A DNA stretch of 64,000 nucleotides from an uncultured Alphaproteobacteria bacterium. GTDB taxonomy: Bacteria; Pseudomonadota; Alphaproteobacteria; Rhizobiales; Methyloligellaceae. Every line of letters starts with the position of its first letter. Position 1 is the first letter of the stretch. Position numbers and translations under genes: made by a program. Location of the stretch: assembly GCA_963818165.1 (NCBI GenBank), contig CAWFRD010000006.1, positions 152-64,151 on the forward strand. Reading direction: 5' to 3'. Below are positions 21,411 to 32,301 of this stretch, one piece after another. The notes beneath the pieces were generated by a model. The model ran no database searches. It worked only from the letters and a program-made list of their open reading frames with translations, and was not told the origin of the DNA.

Positions 21411-22821
21411 TTAGATGCTGTAATACATGTCGAACTCGATGGGGTGGGGGAATATCTCGAAGCGTTCCACCTCCTCCATCTTCAGCTCGAGATAGGCGTC
21501 GATCGCGTCATCGGTGAAGACGTTGCCCTTTTTGAGGAAGGCGCGGTCCTTGTCGAGCTCTTCGCAGGCCTGGCGCAGCGAACCGCACACGGTCGGCACC
21601 TTCTCCAGTTCCTCCGGCGGCAAGTCGTAGAGGTTCTTGTCGATCGGATCGCCCGGGTTGAGCTTGTTCTCGATCCCATCAAGACCGGCCATGAGCATGG
21701 CCGCGAAAGCGAGATACGGATTGGCCGCGGGATCGGGGAAGCGCACCTCGACACGCTTGGCCTTCGGTCCCGAGCCGAGCGGAATGCGGCATGAGGCCGA
21801 GCGGTTGCGCGAGGAATAGGCGAGCAGCACCGGCGCCTCGTAGCCCGGCACCAGACGCTTGTAGGAATTGGTGGTCGGGTTGGTGAAGGCGTTCAGCGCT
21901 TTGGCGTGCTTCAAGATGCCGGCGATGTAGTGCAGCGCCGCCGGCGAGAGGTCGGCATATTTGTCGCCGGCAAAGACCGGGGTCGACCCCTTCCAGATCG
22001 ATTGGTGGGTATGCATGCCCGACCCATTATCGCCATAGACCGGCTTCGGCATGAAGCAGGCGGTCTTGCCGTAGGCCTGCGCCACTTGGTGGATGACGTA
22101 TTTGTAGATCTGCATGGCGTCCGCGGTCTTCACCAGCGGGCCGAACTTGATGCCGAGCTCGTGCTGAGCGGCGCCCACTTCGTGGTGATGCTTCTCGGTG
22201 ATGACGCCCATATCGGCCATCGTCGCCAGCATCTCCGAGCGCAGGTCCTGCGCCGAGTTCGACCGGCGGCACCGGGAAATAGCCGCCTTTGGTGCGCGGC
22301 CGGTGCCCGAGATTGCCCATCTCGTACTCGGTGTCGGTGTTGGTCGGCAGCTCCATCGAGTCGATCTTGTACATGCAGTTGAACGGCTCGGCGGCGAAGC
22401 GGACATCGTCGAACACGAAGAACTCGGCCTCGGGGCCGAACACCGCGGTATCGCCGACGCCGGTCTGCTTCAGATAGGCTTGCGCCTTGCCGGCGATCGA
22501 GCGCGGATCGCGCTCATAAGGCTCGTTGGTCAAGGGCTCGAGCACGTCGCAGAAAATGGCGAGCGTGTTCATGGCGAAGAACGGGTCCTTCACCGCCGAG
22601 CTCGGGTCAGGCATGAGCTTCATGTCCGACTCGTTAATGACCTTCCAGCCCGCGATCGAGGACCCGTCGAACATGATGCCGTCGGTGAAGGCGTCCTCGT
22701 CCATGATCTTCGCGTCCATGGTCACGTGCTGCATCTTTCCGCGCGGATCGGTGAAGCGCAAATCCACGAACTGAATATCTTCGTCCTTGATTTTTTTCGT
22801 CACACTCTTGGCGTCGGACAT
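21411..22821 (-). CDS. glnA: glutamine synthetase type I (one apparent frameshift near 22258)
   Basis: [24 protein letters not shown] in one frame; [39 protein letters not shown] in the other; one extra base (GAAC for GAC). Confidence 0.95.
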
Positions 22822-22912
22822 CGTTCTCCCCTGTCATTGGGTTATGAAATGCCGCCGATTCCTGCGGCGGCGAAAACTCGATCCCGCCGGCTCAAGCCGG
22901 CCTCAAGGCTCC

Positions 22913-23475
<563 letters not shown>

Positions 23476-23543
23476 GATTTCCAATTCTTTATCGTGAGTG
23501 TCCGGTTCCTGGCGGAAAGCGTTCATGACCCGCGGAGAGACCA

Positions 23544-25050
23544 ATGCTTGAGCTTCTGACGGCGGAGGAAATGGGGCGCGCCGACACGCTCTCCGTCGCG
23601 GGCGGCGTCGCCGGCGCGACCCTCATGGAGAATGCCGGCCGCGCCGTTGCCGAGGAGGTCGCGCGGCGGTTTCCCGACGCTGGGAAACGTCGCCGTCTTG
23701 TGCGGTCCCGGCAATAACGGCGGCGACGGTTTCGTCGCCGCGCGCTACCTCCAGGAGCGAGGTTACAGCGTCAGGCTCGGCTTCGATGGCGACGAAGCGC
23801 GCCTGCCGGCCGATGCATCCGCAATGGCCGGGCGCTATGAGGGGACGCGGGAACCGCTCGATGCCGCCCTGCTCGGGGGCGCGGATGTCGTGGTTGACGG
23901 CCTGTTCGGCGTAGGGTTGGCCCGCCCGATCGAGGGCAAGCTCGCGCGCCTGATCGAGAGCGTCAACGCGTCGAACCTTCCCGTGATTGCCATCGACGTG
24001 CCGAGCGGCATCGACGGCACGACGGGCGAGGTGAGGGGAACGGCCATTCGCGCAACGGCCACCGTCACGTTCTTTCGCCTGAAGCCGGGCCACTTTCTCT
24101 TGCCGGGACGGCTCCATTGCGGCGAGGTGAGGCTCGCCGATATCGGAATTCCGGCGAGCGTTCTCGGCACGATTGCACCCAAGACCTTCACCAATGAGCT
24201 CGCGCTCTGGCGCGCCAAGTTTCCCTGGCCCGGACCCACGAGCCACAAATACGCGCGCGGACACGCGGTCGTCGTGTCGGGACCGGTCTATTGCACCGGA
24301 GCCGCGCGGCTCGGTGCGCGCGGCGCGCTCCGCATCGGTGCAGGGCTCGTCACGGTTGCGTCGCCCCGCGACGCGCTTGAAGTCAATGCCGCGCAGCTGA
24401 CGGCGATCATGGTGCGCGAGGCCGGCGATGCGCGCGGGCTCGCAACCCTCCTTTCCGACCGGCGCAAGAACGCCGTCCTGATCGGCCCGGGCGCGGGCGT
24501 CGGCGAAAGCACCAAGGAAATGGTCCTGGCGGCGCTTCGCTCCGATGCCGCGGCCGTGCTCGACGCCGATGCCCTCACGTCCTTCGCCGAAGAGCCTGGT
24601 GGGCTCTTCGCGGGGATTGCCGGGCGCGCGGGCCCCGTCGTGCTCACGCCGCACGACGGAGAGTTCGCACGCCTGTTCCCTGATCTCGACGCCATGTCGA
24701 AACTCGAGCGGGCGCGGATGGGGGCCGCCCGCGCGGGCGCAATCCTCGTGCTGAAGGGCGCTGACACAGTGGTCGCGGCACCCGATGGCGCCGCCTCGAT
24801 CAACGCTATGACGAGCCCGTTCCTGGCGACCGCGGGGACCGGCGACGTGCTTGCAGGTATGATTCTCGGGCTCCTCGCTCAAGCCATGCCCGCCTTCGAA
24901 GCGGCAAGCGCCGCCGTGTGGCTGCACGGGGCTGCGGCCGTCGCCTTCGGCCCGGGACTGATCGCCGAGGACCTGCCCGAGACATTGCCAAAGGTGCTTC
25001 GCGACCTGAGAGGATCGGCTAAAACTGAAGGACCGGCCCCAACCGGGTGA
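23544..25050 (+). CDS. nnr: bifunctional NAD(P)H-hydrate epimerase/dehydratase (apparent frameshift near 23685)
   Basis: LMENAGRAVA in frame of ATG 23544; GPGNNGGDG, DVPSG, HKYARGH, DADAL, TPHDGEF, ATAGTGDVLAG in next frame. Confidence 0.92.
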
Positions 25051-25125
25051 CCCTTTGTTGACACAGTCCGGCCTTATGAACCACATGGAGCGGACGCTCT
25101 GGGGGAGAGCCGCCTGACCATCGCC

Positions 25126-26835
25126 ATGAACCGTTCGCAGTTCCGACTTTGCTTGCTGCTTTCGGGCTTCCTCGCCGGTGCCGCGTCCCCTGCGCTCGCC
25201 GAGGACCTGACGCTCTTGCGCGCGCGCGAAGCGGCGGCGGCGATGATGCGCGGGCAATACGATAAGGCGATCGCCACCTATGACGAGGCCCTTGCCGCGC
25301 CCGAGATGGCCGACTTCATCAAGGCGGGTATCTATGCCGATCGCGGCGTCGCCAAGTGGCGCGCGAACAATACCAAGGCGGCAATCGACGATTTCAACAC
25401 CTCGATCCAGCTCTCGCCCGACAATGCCGCCGTCTACAACAATCGCGGCAACTCGCTCATGGATTTGGGCCATCCGGACGAGGCGGTGAAGGACTTCGAC
25501 CGGGCGATTGCGCTTTCGCCCAATTACGGTGCCGCCTACAACAATCGCGGCAATGCCCGCGTGGCGCTCGGCCAGCACAATCTTGCCTTTCAGGATTTTC
25601 GCAAGGCCGTCGAGCTAATGCCGCGGAGCGCGGTGCCGTTCAACGGTCGCGGCATGGCCCATGCCGAGTTGAAACGCTACCACGCCGCCGTGCGCGACTT
25701 GAGCCGCGCCATCGGCCTCAATCCGAGATACGTGGCCGCCTATCGCCACCGCGCCGATGCGTATCTGGCGCTCGGCATGTACCGCGAGGCGGTGGCCGAC
25801 GCCACCCAGGTCCTCACGCTCGAACCCGACGTGCCGAATCCCGACATTCTCTTCTTACGCGCCCGGGCCCATACGGGCGACAAGAAGCTCAATTTCGCCC
25901 TCGACGATCTCAACAAGGTCATCGAGAGCAAACCCGACCTGGTCGATGCCTATATCGAGCGCGCCATCGTGTTTATCCAGGCGAGACGTTCCGACGATGC
26001 CTTCGGCGATCTGAACCGCGCCATCGAGCTCGATCCTCAGAACGTGCGGGCCTACGCCATGCGCGCCTCGGCGAAGCTTCAAGCCGAGACCAATGACGAC
26101 GCGCTCTATGACGTGACCCAGGCCCTTCAGCTTGCCGCGACCGATCCCTTGGCCTTACGCGTGCGCGGCAATATCTACGAGGCGCTGCAGCGTCCCGACG
26201 AAGCGATTGCCGATTACCGCGCCGCCCTTGCCCAGGACCCGTTCCAGTCCGAAAGCCGCGAGGCGCTTCAGCGCCTCAAGCAAGAGGTGCCTGCCGAGGA
26301 GGGTCGCGTTCTCGGCGAGCCGGTCGCGGGTTGGGTAATCAAGGAACCGCAGCCCGGACGCTATATCGCGAGCAATCCGAAATACCCCCCGATCCGGACC
26401 GAACTCGAAATGTTCGGCACCGGCACGCCGAAGATCCTGGAGTGGAAGCAGCTCAAGGACGCTCTCACCGGCATCGGTCTCTTGAAATACTATGCCGGCG
26501 ATTTTGGCGACAGCGCCGCTACCAGCCTCGAATATGTCGCCATCATCGATACGCGCGCCAACAAGGTCATCGCGGTGGAGCCTCATGCCTGGGGCGAGGC
26601 GACCGCCCAATGGAATTGGCAGGCCGTGTCCGTGGTCGTGACCGACCCCGACGGGAACGCCAACGAGATCCAGCTTCGCAAGGCACGGCAGAGGGCGCCT
26701 GTGGCACGCGACGATTTCTGGGGCTTCGAGCGGCCTGGCGCCGCGCCTTCCGAGAGCCGGCGCGCGGCGCGCCGAGGCGGCGGCGGCGGCGGCGGCGGAG
26801 GCGGCGGCGGCATGTTCAATTGGCTGTTCCGCTGA
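25126..26835 (+). CDS. secreted tetratricopeptide repeat protein with unknown C-terminal domain
   Basis: signal peptide ending ALA; repeated AYNNRG...A..DF.RAI.L.P TPR units; 12-Gly tract then MFNWLFR. Confidence 0.88.
   Translation: MNRSQFRLCLLLSGFLAGAASPALAEDLTLLRAREAAAAMMRGQYDKAIATYDEALAAPEMADFIKAGIYADRGVAKWRANNTKAAIDDFNTSIQLSPDNAAVYNNRGNSLMDLGHPDEAVKDFDRAIALSPNYGAAYNNRGNARVALGQHNLAFQDFRKAVELMPRSAVPFNGRGMAHAELKRYHAAVRDLSRAIGLNPRYVAAYRHRADAYLALGMYREAVADATQVLTLEPDVPNPDILFLRARAHTGDKKLNFALDDLNKVIESKPDLVDAYIERAIVFIQARRSDDAFGDLNRAIELDPQNVRAYAMRASAKLQAETNDDALYDVTQALQLAATDPLALRVRGNIYEALQRPDEAIADYRAALAQDPFQSESREALQRLKQEVPAEEGRVLGEPVAGWVIKEPQPGRYIASNPKYPPIRTELEMFGTGTPKILEWKQLKDALTGIGLLKYYAGDFGDSAATSLEYVAIIDTRANKVIAVEPHAWGEATAQWNWQAVSVVVTDPDGNANEIQLRKARQRAPVARDDFWGFERPGAAPSESRRAARRGGGGGGGGGGGGMFNWLFR
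26776..26811 (+). repeat. GGC trinucleotide tract encoding 12 Gly
   Basis: (GGC)7 GGA (GGC)4. Confidence 0.9.
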
Positions 26836-27600
26836 TGTCCAAGTCCGACTGTCTGCCGGACGCCGGCGGCACTCTTTTTTTGGCAAGCGTGTGCGATGTC
26901 GCCGAAGCCGAATTGGCAATCGGCGCCGGCGCCGATATCGTCGATCTCAAGGACCCCGACGAGGGCGCTCTCGGCGCTCTCGCGCCCGAGACGATCGAGG
27001 CTTGCGTCAGGGCGATCGGCGGCCGTGTCCCTGTCAGCGCGACTGTCGGCGACCTTCCGCTCGAGGAGACGGCCGTTCGCGCCGCGGTGCTCGCGACGGC
27101 TTCGCGCGGCGTCGACTACGTCAAGCTCGGTCTCTTCCCGGAGGGCGACGCAGGACGCGCTTTGCAGGGGCTCGCGCGGTTCACGCCCCACATCCGGCTG
27201 ATCCTCGTTCTGTTCGCCGATGCTTTGCCGGAGTTCGATGCCGTCACGCTCGCGGGCCGGATCGGGGCCGTGGGAACTCATGCTCGACACTTTGGGCAAG
27301 CGCGGCGTCTCGCTGCCAGAGTTTGTCTCGCCGGAAGGGCTTCGAGCTCTGATCTCGTCGGCGCGGGCGAAAGGGCTCGCGATCGGTCTTGCCGGATCGC
27401 TTCATGCGGGCGACGTGCCGGTACTCCTTACCCTCGGCCCCGACCTTCTCGGCTTCCGCGGAGCGCTCTGCCGCGAGGGCAGGCGGGGTGAGCCACTCGA
27501 TCCCGTGCGGCTCGCCCGCATCAGGGCCTTGATCCCGAAAGGCCGCGGCGTTTCCCGCGAAGCAAACTTGCCCGATCTTGCCCGGCTCGCTTTATGCTAG
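26835..27600 (+). CDS. mfnB: (5-formylfuran-3-yl)methyl phosphate synthase, DUF556/Orf22 (apparent frameshift near 27275)
   Basis: FLASV, ADIVDLKDP..GALGA, SATVGD, DYVKLG; then MLDT..K, GLAGSL, LGFRGALC in next frame. Confidence 0.85.
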
Positions 27601-27632
27601 GGATGGCCTAGAGCGCTTCAAGGAGCCTGATC

Positions 27633-28046
27633 ATGGTCGAGCCGAAATTGAGGCAAGTTGCGCCGAGTGCCGCGCCTGAAGAAGCGCGGGTGCTGGACCG
27701 CGTGTTCATGCACGATCTCGTGCTCGATATCGAAATCGGGGTGCATCACTATGAGAAGGGCGCGACCCAGCGCGTCCGCTTCTCGGTCGATGTCGATCTG
27801 ACGCCGGTCACGCGCGCGCTCGAAGACGATATCGGCCGCACCTTCGACTACGACACGATCATCGCAGGCATCAAAGGCGTCGTCGCCCGCGGCCATATCA
27901 ACCTGGTCGAGACCCTGGCCGAGGAGGTTGCGCGCCACTGTTTCGCTCATCCGCGCGCGGCCCGTGTCGTGGTGAAGATCGAAAAGCTCGACAAGGAGCC
28001 CGGTGCCGTCGGCGTCGAAATCGTTCGCACTAAGGGAAACCTCTGA
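27633..28046 (+). CDS. folB: dihydroneopterin aldolase
   Basis: IGVHHYEKG..Q, DYD, LVETLAE, KIEK. Confidence 0.88.
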   Translation: MVEPKLRQVAPSAAPEEARVLDRVFMHDLVLDIEIGVHHYEKGATQRVRFSVDVDLTPVTRALEDDIGRTFDYDTIIAGIKGVVARGHINLVETLAEEVARHCFAHPRAARVVVKIEKLDKEPGAVGVEIVRTKGNL

Positions 28047-28049
28047 GCG

Positions 28050-28727
28050 ATGACGCGCCCGCTTCCGCGCGAGCTGACCTCGCTTGCGCAAGGCCCCGGC
28101 GAAACGCGGTTGGTCGTCGTCAAGCTCGGCGGAAGCGTCGTTCGCTCGGGCGAGCTTGCCGCCTGGCTCGAAGCGATCGCAGCGGCGGCGCATCCGATTG
28201 TCGTGGTTCCGGGGGGAGGAGCTTTGGCCGATGAGGTGCGAAGCTGCCAGGCCGCGCTCGGCTTCGACGATCGCGCGGCCCACCGTATGGCGCTTCTCGC
28301 CATGGATCAGCTAGCCTGGGCCGTCGTGGGCTTGGCCCAGGGCTTTGCCGTCGGCACGACCGACGCCGAGCTTCGCGCGGTGCTCCAGCGAGGCGACGTG
28401 GCGGTCTGGGCCCCTTACGGCCTCGTCGCCGGGCGTGGCGATATCGAGGAATCCTGGCGCCTTACCTCCGACAGTCTTGCGCTCTGGCTCGCGGCGAGGA
28501 TCGGCGCGTCGCGCTGCTTTCTGGTGAAATCCGTTCGGCGCCAGGGCGGCCATGCGGTCGCGCAAGAACTCGCTCAAGCCGGGATCGTCGATGCGGCCTT
28601 CCCGGAGATGCTGAAAGACTCCGGCGTGCCGGCCTTCCTGCTCGGCCTCGGCGACCAGAAAGGCTTCGCCGCCGTCCTTGCCGCCAAGGACGCCGGGGCG
28701 ACCGGCTTCGCCGCCTCGATCGTTTAA
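28050..28727 (+). CDS. amino acid kinase family protein, Orf21/MfnE-like
   Basis: VVKLGGS, VVPGGG..AD, AHRMALLAMDQ, W.LTSDSLA; C1 cluster context. Confidence 0.85.
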   Translation: MTRPLPRELTSLAQGPGETRLVVVKLGGSVVRSGELAAWLEAIAAAAHPIVVVPGGGALADEVRSCQAALGFDDRAAHRMALLAMDQLAWAVVGLAQGFAVGTTDAELRAVLQRGDVAVWAPYGLVAGRGDIEESWRLTSDSLALWLAARIGASRCFLVKSVRRQGGHAVAQELAQAGIVDAAFPEMLKDSGVPAFLLGLGDQKGFAAVLAAKDAGATGFAASIV

Positions 28728-28810
28728 GTCGTTACCATGCTCGCGTTCCCGGGAATGACGCGGCGCGAAGAGCGGGTTAGAACGGCACGGTTGAACCGCG
28801 CGAGAGGCGA

Positions 28811-30217
28811 ATGGCCGAGAGCATCCTGTTCCTGACCGGACATCTGGCGCGAGCCCGGCTCGAAGCGGTGCTCCACACCATGACGGCGAGCTTCGACTGG
28901 AAGGTGCTCGATATCGGCGTCAAGGTCGCGGCGCTGATGACCGAGGACATCATCATGAGGCGCCTGCCGAGCCCCATCGCCGCCGACAAGGTCATGCTGC
29001 CCGGCCGCTGCCGCGCCGACATCGACCGCCTGGGCGAACGCTTCGGCGTGCCCTTCCTACGCGGACCTGACGAGCTCAAGGACATCCCGCTCTATTTCGG
29101 CCGGGCGCGGAAAGCCTCCGACATGAGCAAATACGACATCAGGATCTTCGCCGAGATCGTCGATGCCTCCGCGCTTGCCGTCGAGGCGATCCTCGAACGC
29201 GCGCGCTTCTATGCCAAGGCCGGAGCCGACGTGATCGATCTCGGCTGCCTTCCCGACACGCCCTTTCCCCATCTCGGAGAGGCGGTCGCGGCGCTGAAAA
29301 AGGAGGGCTTCAAGGTCAGCGTGGATTCGGCCGACGCGAGCGAACTTCTGCGGGGCGGCCGGGCGGGCGCTGATTTCCTCCTCAGCCTCAACGAATCCAC
29401 GCTCGCCATCACCGATGAGGTCGCTTCGATCCCGGTGCTCATCCCCAAGGAGCACGGCGACATGGCCTCGCTCTACCGCGCCATGGACACGCTCGACGCC
29501 AAGGGTCGCGCCTATCTCGTCGATCCCGTGCTCGATCCCATCAATTTCGGCTTCATGCGGTCCTTGGAGCGCTACGCGCAAGTGAGGCGCGAGCGCCCCA
29601 ATGCCGAGATGCTGATGGGCACGGGCAATCTGACGGAGCTGACCGACGCCGACACGACCGGCGTCACCGCGGTTCTGCTCGGCATCGCATCGGAGCTTCA
29701 CATCAAGAACGTGCTCATCGTGCAGGTGAGCCCGCATACGCGCCGCACGGTCGAGGAGCATGACCTCGCGCGGCGGATAATGTATGCGAGCCGCGCCGAC
29801 GGAGATCTGCCGAAGGATTACGCCGACGGGCTTCTGACGGTGCACGCGCGGCGGCCGTTCCCGCAAACGCCGGACGACATCGCCGCCGCCGCGCGCGAGG
29901 TGCGCGACAAGAATTTCCGCATCGAGATCGCCGAGGACGGTATCCATATCTACAACCGCGACGGCCATCTCGTGGCGCAGGACGCGCTTTCTCTGTTCCC
30001 TAAGCTCGGCGTGGATGTCGAGACGGACGGCGCGCACGCCTTCTATCTTGGCACGGAACTTGCTAAGGCCGAAATCGCGTTCAGATTGGCCAAGCGCTAC
30101 GCGCAGGACGAGCCGCTCGATTGGGGCGTTGCCGCCGACGCGCCGGCCGAGGATAAGACGGCACTCAAGGCGGCCGGCCACACTCTAATCGCCAAGCGGA
30201 AGCGGGAAGCCTCGTGA
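28811..30217 (+). CDS. dihydropteroate synthase-like protein Orf20 (DUF6513)
   Basis: LFLTG.LA, GVKVAALMT, GPDELKD, GADVIDLGC, GNLTELTDAD, HAFYLG.EL.KA. Confidence 0.88.
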   Translation: MAESILFLTGHLARARLEAVLHTMTASFDWKVLDIGVKVAALMTEDIIMRRLPSPIAADKVMLPGRCRADIDRLGERFGVPFLRGPDELKDIPLYFGRARKASDMSKYDIRIFAEIVDASALAVEAILERARFYAKAGADVIDLGCLPDTPFPHLGEAVAALKKEGFKVSVDSADASELLRGGRAGADFLLSLNESTLAITDEVASIPVLIPKEHGDMASLYRAMDTLDAKGRAYLVDPVLDPINFGFMRSLERYAQVRRERPNAEMLMGTGNLTELTDADTTGVTAVLLGIASELHIKNVLIVQVSPHTRRTVEEHDLARRIMYASRADGDLPKDYADGLLTVHARRPFPQTPDDIAAAAREVRDKNFRIEIAEDGIHIYNRDGHLVAQDALSLFPKLGVDVETDGAHAFYLGTELAKAEIAFRLAKRYAQDEPLDWGVAADAPAEDKTALKAAGHTLIAKRKREAS

Positions 30218-30237
30218 TAAGCGAGAGCTAAGCCATC

Positions 30238-30807
30238 ATGCCGATGATCCGGGAATGCATCGTCACCACACTCAGCGAAGAGGGCAGGGTCCATGTCGCG
30301 CCACTCGGCCTGATCCCCGAGGAAGAGGGATGGATCATCGCGCCGTTCCGGCCCTCGACCACGCTCGACAATCTGAGCGCCACGCCTTACGCGGTCGCCA
30401 ATTTCACCGACGACGTTCTCGTCTTCGCCGGCTGCCTGGTCGGCCGGCGCGATTGGCCGACGCGCCCCTCCGCCCATGTTCCGGGCGCCGTGCTCGAAGG
30501 CGCGCCGACCCATGTCGAGCTTGCGGTGGCCCGCATCGAGGAGGACGAGCAGAGGCCGCGCTTCCATTGCCGCGTGGTGCATGAGGCGAGCCACGGCCCG
30601 TTCAAGGGCTTCAACCGCGCGCAAGGCGCGGTGATCGAGGCCGCGATCCTCGCGAGCCGGCTGCATATGCTCCCGCGCGAGAAGATCGAGCGCGAGCTTG
30701 GATATTTGCAGATCGCGGTGGAGAAGACCGCAGGCCCGCGCGAGCACGAAGCCTGGCGGCTGCTCGTCGAGAAGATCGAGGACCATTACAAGCAAACGCC
30801 CGGCTGA
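30238..30807 (+). CDS. DUF447 family protein Orf19
   Basis: ECIVTT, APLG, PFRPSTTL, GFNRAQ.AVIEAAIL.SRL, KTAG. Confidence 0.88.
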   Translation: MPMIRECIVTTLSEEGRVHVAPLGLIPEEEGWIIAPFRPSTTLDNLSATPYAVANFTDDVLVFAGCLVGRRDWPTRPSAHVPGAVLEGAPTHVELAVARIEEDEQRPRFHCRVVHEASHGPFKGFNRAQGAVIEAAILASRLHMLPREKIERELGYLQIAVEKTAGPREHEAWRLLVEKIEDHYKQTPG

Positions 30808-30810
30808 GAT

Positions 30811-30837
30811 CGTCATTGCGGCGCAAGCCGGTATCCA
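30811..30837 (+). repeat. REP-like palindrome (degenerate)
   Basis: CGTCATTGCGGCGCAAGCCGGTATCCA, near-identical to inverted copy at 45144-45172. Confidence 0.65.
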
Positions 30838-30956
30838 CCGCCGCTAGCTCCGAGCTTGGTGCTCCTGGACCCTCCTATCTCGGCCGCATCACCGGCGTCG
30901 ATCGCAAGCGTGCGCCTATTCCAATCCCGGGCGAGACACCGCCTTAAGGGCGCGCG

Positions 30957-31334
30957 CTAGCGCGGGCCGAGATAGGGATTGTTGTAGCGCGCATCGACGC
31001 AGCGATCGCCGTCCCAATAGCGAAATTCCCCGCAACTCGACGGGCGAACCGGAACGATGGCGATGACGGGCGGGTTCGAACCACCTTGCGAGAGGGCGTC
31101 GGCATCGACCTCGACATCGGCATTGGGAACGGCCACGACCGGGCCTTGGCGGCGCCACTGGCGGCGCGTGTAGTACTGTACGCTCGCGACCGAGCTTGGC
31201 ATCGCGACAGGAGCCGAAATGATGGGCAAAGGCAAAGCTTCGGCGTCATGCGATGAGAGGCCAAGACAAAGGCTGCCGCCGGCAACGACCGTCATGAGAG
31301 TAAGAATGCGACGCATCCGAGTCTCCATCTGCAC
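30957..31334 (-). CDS. hypothetical secreted protein with two-Cys C-terminal motif
   Basis: signal peptide ending AEA; CGEFRYWDGDRC; GAGGAG RBS. Confidence 0.7.
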   Translation of the reverse strand: MQMETRMRRILTLMTVVAGGSLCLGLSSHDAEALPLPIISAPVAMPSSVASVQYYTRRQWRRQGPVVAVPNADVEVDADALSQGGSNPPVIAIVPVRPSSCGEFRYWDGDRCVDARYNNPYLGPR

Positions 31335-31430
31335 TTGCTCCTCTTTTATTCAAGTTTGCCCGAAGCGATGCTTGAAACGGCAAAACATCGCCCTAACTCC
31401 TAGTGGCATTTTCGCCGCCTGGGCAATGGT

Positions 31431-31455
31431 GCAACGAACCGGGGGGCGAGGCGTT
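31431..31455 (+). promoter_or_regulatory. putative EcfG-dependent promoter
   Basis: GCAAC-N16-CGTT upstream of YidB-family gene. Confidence 0.6.
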
Positions 31456-31483
31456 TATGTAACGTACTAAACAGGAGGTCAAA

Positions 31484-31960
31484 ATGGCGCAGAATATCTT
31501 CGGATCAGACAGCGGTCCCGCGGTGCCCGGCGGCAGCGTCGCAAAGCCCCTGATCATCGCTCTGCTTGCACTGCTGGCTTCGCGCCATTTCGGCGGGAAG
31601 AAACAAGAGCCAGCGCCCGAGGCGCCCATGCTGCCCGATCCGGCGCCGCAGTCCATTCCGGATCCGTCGCCCGGCAGTGTCCTCGACGGGCTCGGTGGCC
31701 TCATCAAGCAGTTTCAGCAGAAGGGATTGGGCGATACGGTCGACTCCTGGGTCGGCGCCGGCAAGAACAAGAACGTTGCACCCGACCAGATTTCCGTGGC
31801 GCTGGGCGGAGATATCGTCGATAAACTGTCCCGCCGCACCGGCCTGACGCGCGATCAAGTCGTCGCAGAGCTGGCACGCATGCTTCCGAATGTGGTGGAT
31901 AATCTTACCCCTGATGGTCGACTTCCGACCCGACAGGAGGTAATGCGGCTCATGTCCTGA
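31484..31960 (+). CDS. YidB/DUF937 family protein
   Basis: GLGGLIKQFQQKGLG..VDSWVG.G.N, LP.VVD.LTPDG.LP. Confidence 0.88.
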   Translation: MAQNIFGSDSGPAVPGGSVAKPLIIALLALLASRHFGGKKQEPAPEAPMLPDPAPQSIPDPSPGSVLDGLGGLIKQFQQKGLGDTVDSWVGAGKNKNVAPDQISVALGGDIVDKLSRRTGLTRDQVVAELARMLPNVVDNLTPDGRLPTRQEVMRLMS

Positions 31961-32004
31961 CAGCGTATCGGCATTCAACCGAATTCAGCCAAGAGAGGTC
32001 CTTC

Positions 32005-32253
32005 ATGGGGATCATTGCCTGGATTGTCTTGGGTCTGATCGCGGGCTTCATCGCCAGCAAGATTTACGTGGGCACGGGCCAAGGCCTGTTGCTTGATATC
32101 GTGCTCGGCATCGTCGGGGCGGTTGTTGGCGGCTATTTGTTCACCGCCTTCGGCGCAACGGGCGTCACCGGCTTCAACATTTGGAGCATGATCGTCGCCA
32201 CGATCGGCGCCGTCATCGTATTGTGGCTGTACCACGCCATCGCGACCCGCTAG
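32005..32253 (+). CDS. GlsB/YeaQ/YmgE family stress membrane protein
   Basis: WIVLGLIAGFIA...DIVLGIVGAVVGG...IGAVIVL. Confidence 0.92.
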   Translation: MGIIAWIVLGLIAGFIASKIYVGTGQGLLLDIVLGIVGAVVGGYLFTAFGATGVTGFNIWSMIVATIGAVIVLWLYHAIATR

Positions 32254-32262
32254 ACCGGCTTA

Positions 32263-32293
32263 GAGGTGGGCGCGCTCGCCGCGCGCTCACCTC
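32263..32293. terminator. hairpin between convergent genes
   Basis: GAGGTGGGCGCGC-tcgcc-GCGCGCTCACCTC. Confidence 0.55.
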
Positions 32294-32301
32294 GACCCTT
32301 C

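Noticed and set aside
22240..22280. Programmed frameshift or true pseudogene in glnA
   Set aside because: No slippery heptamer or stimulatory structure seen; the same one-base pattern recurs in many unrelated genes, so error is more parsimonious.
26776..26811. Phase-variable repeat
   Set aside because: Triplet unit keeps the frame; consistent with a Gly linker.
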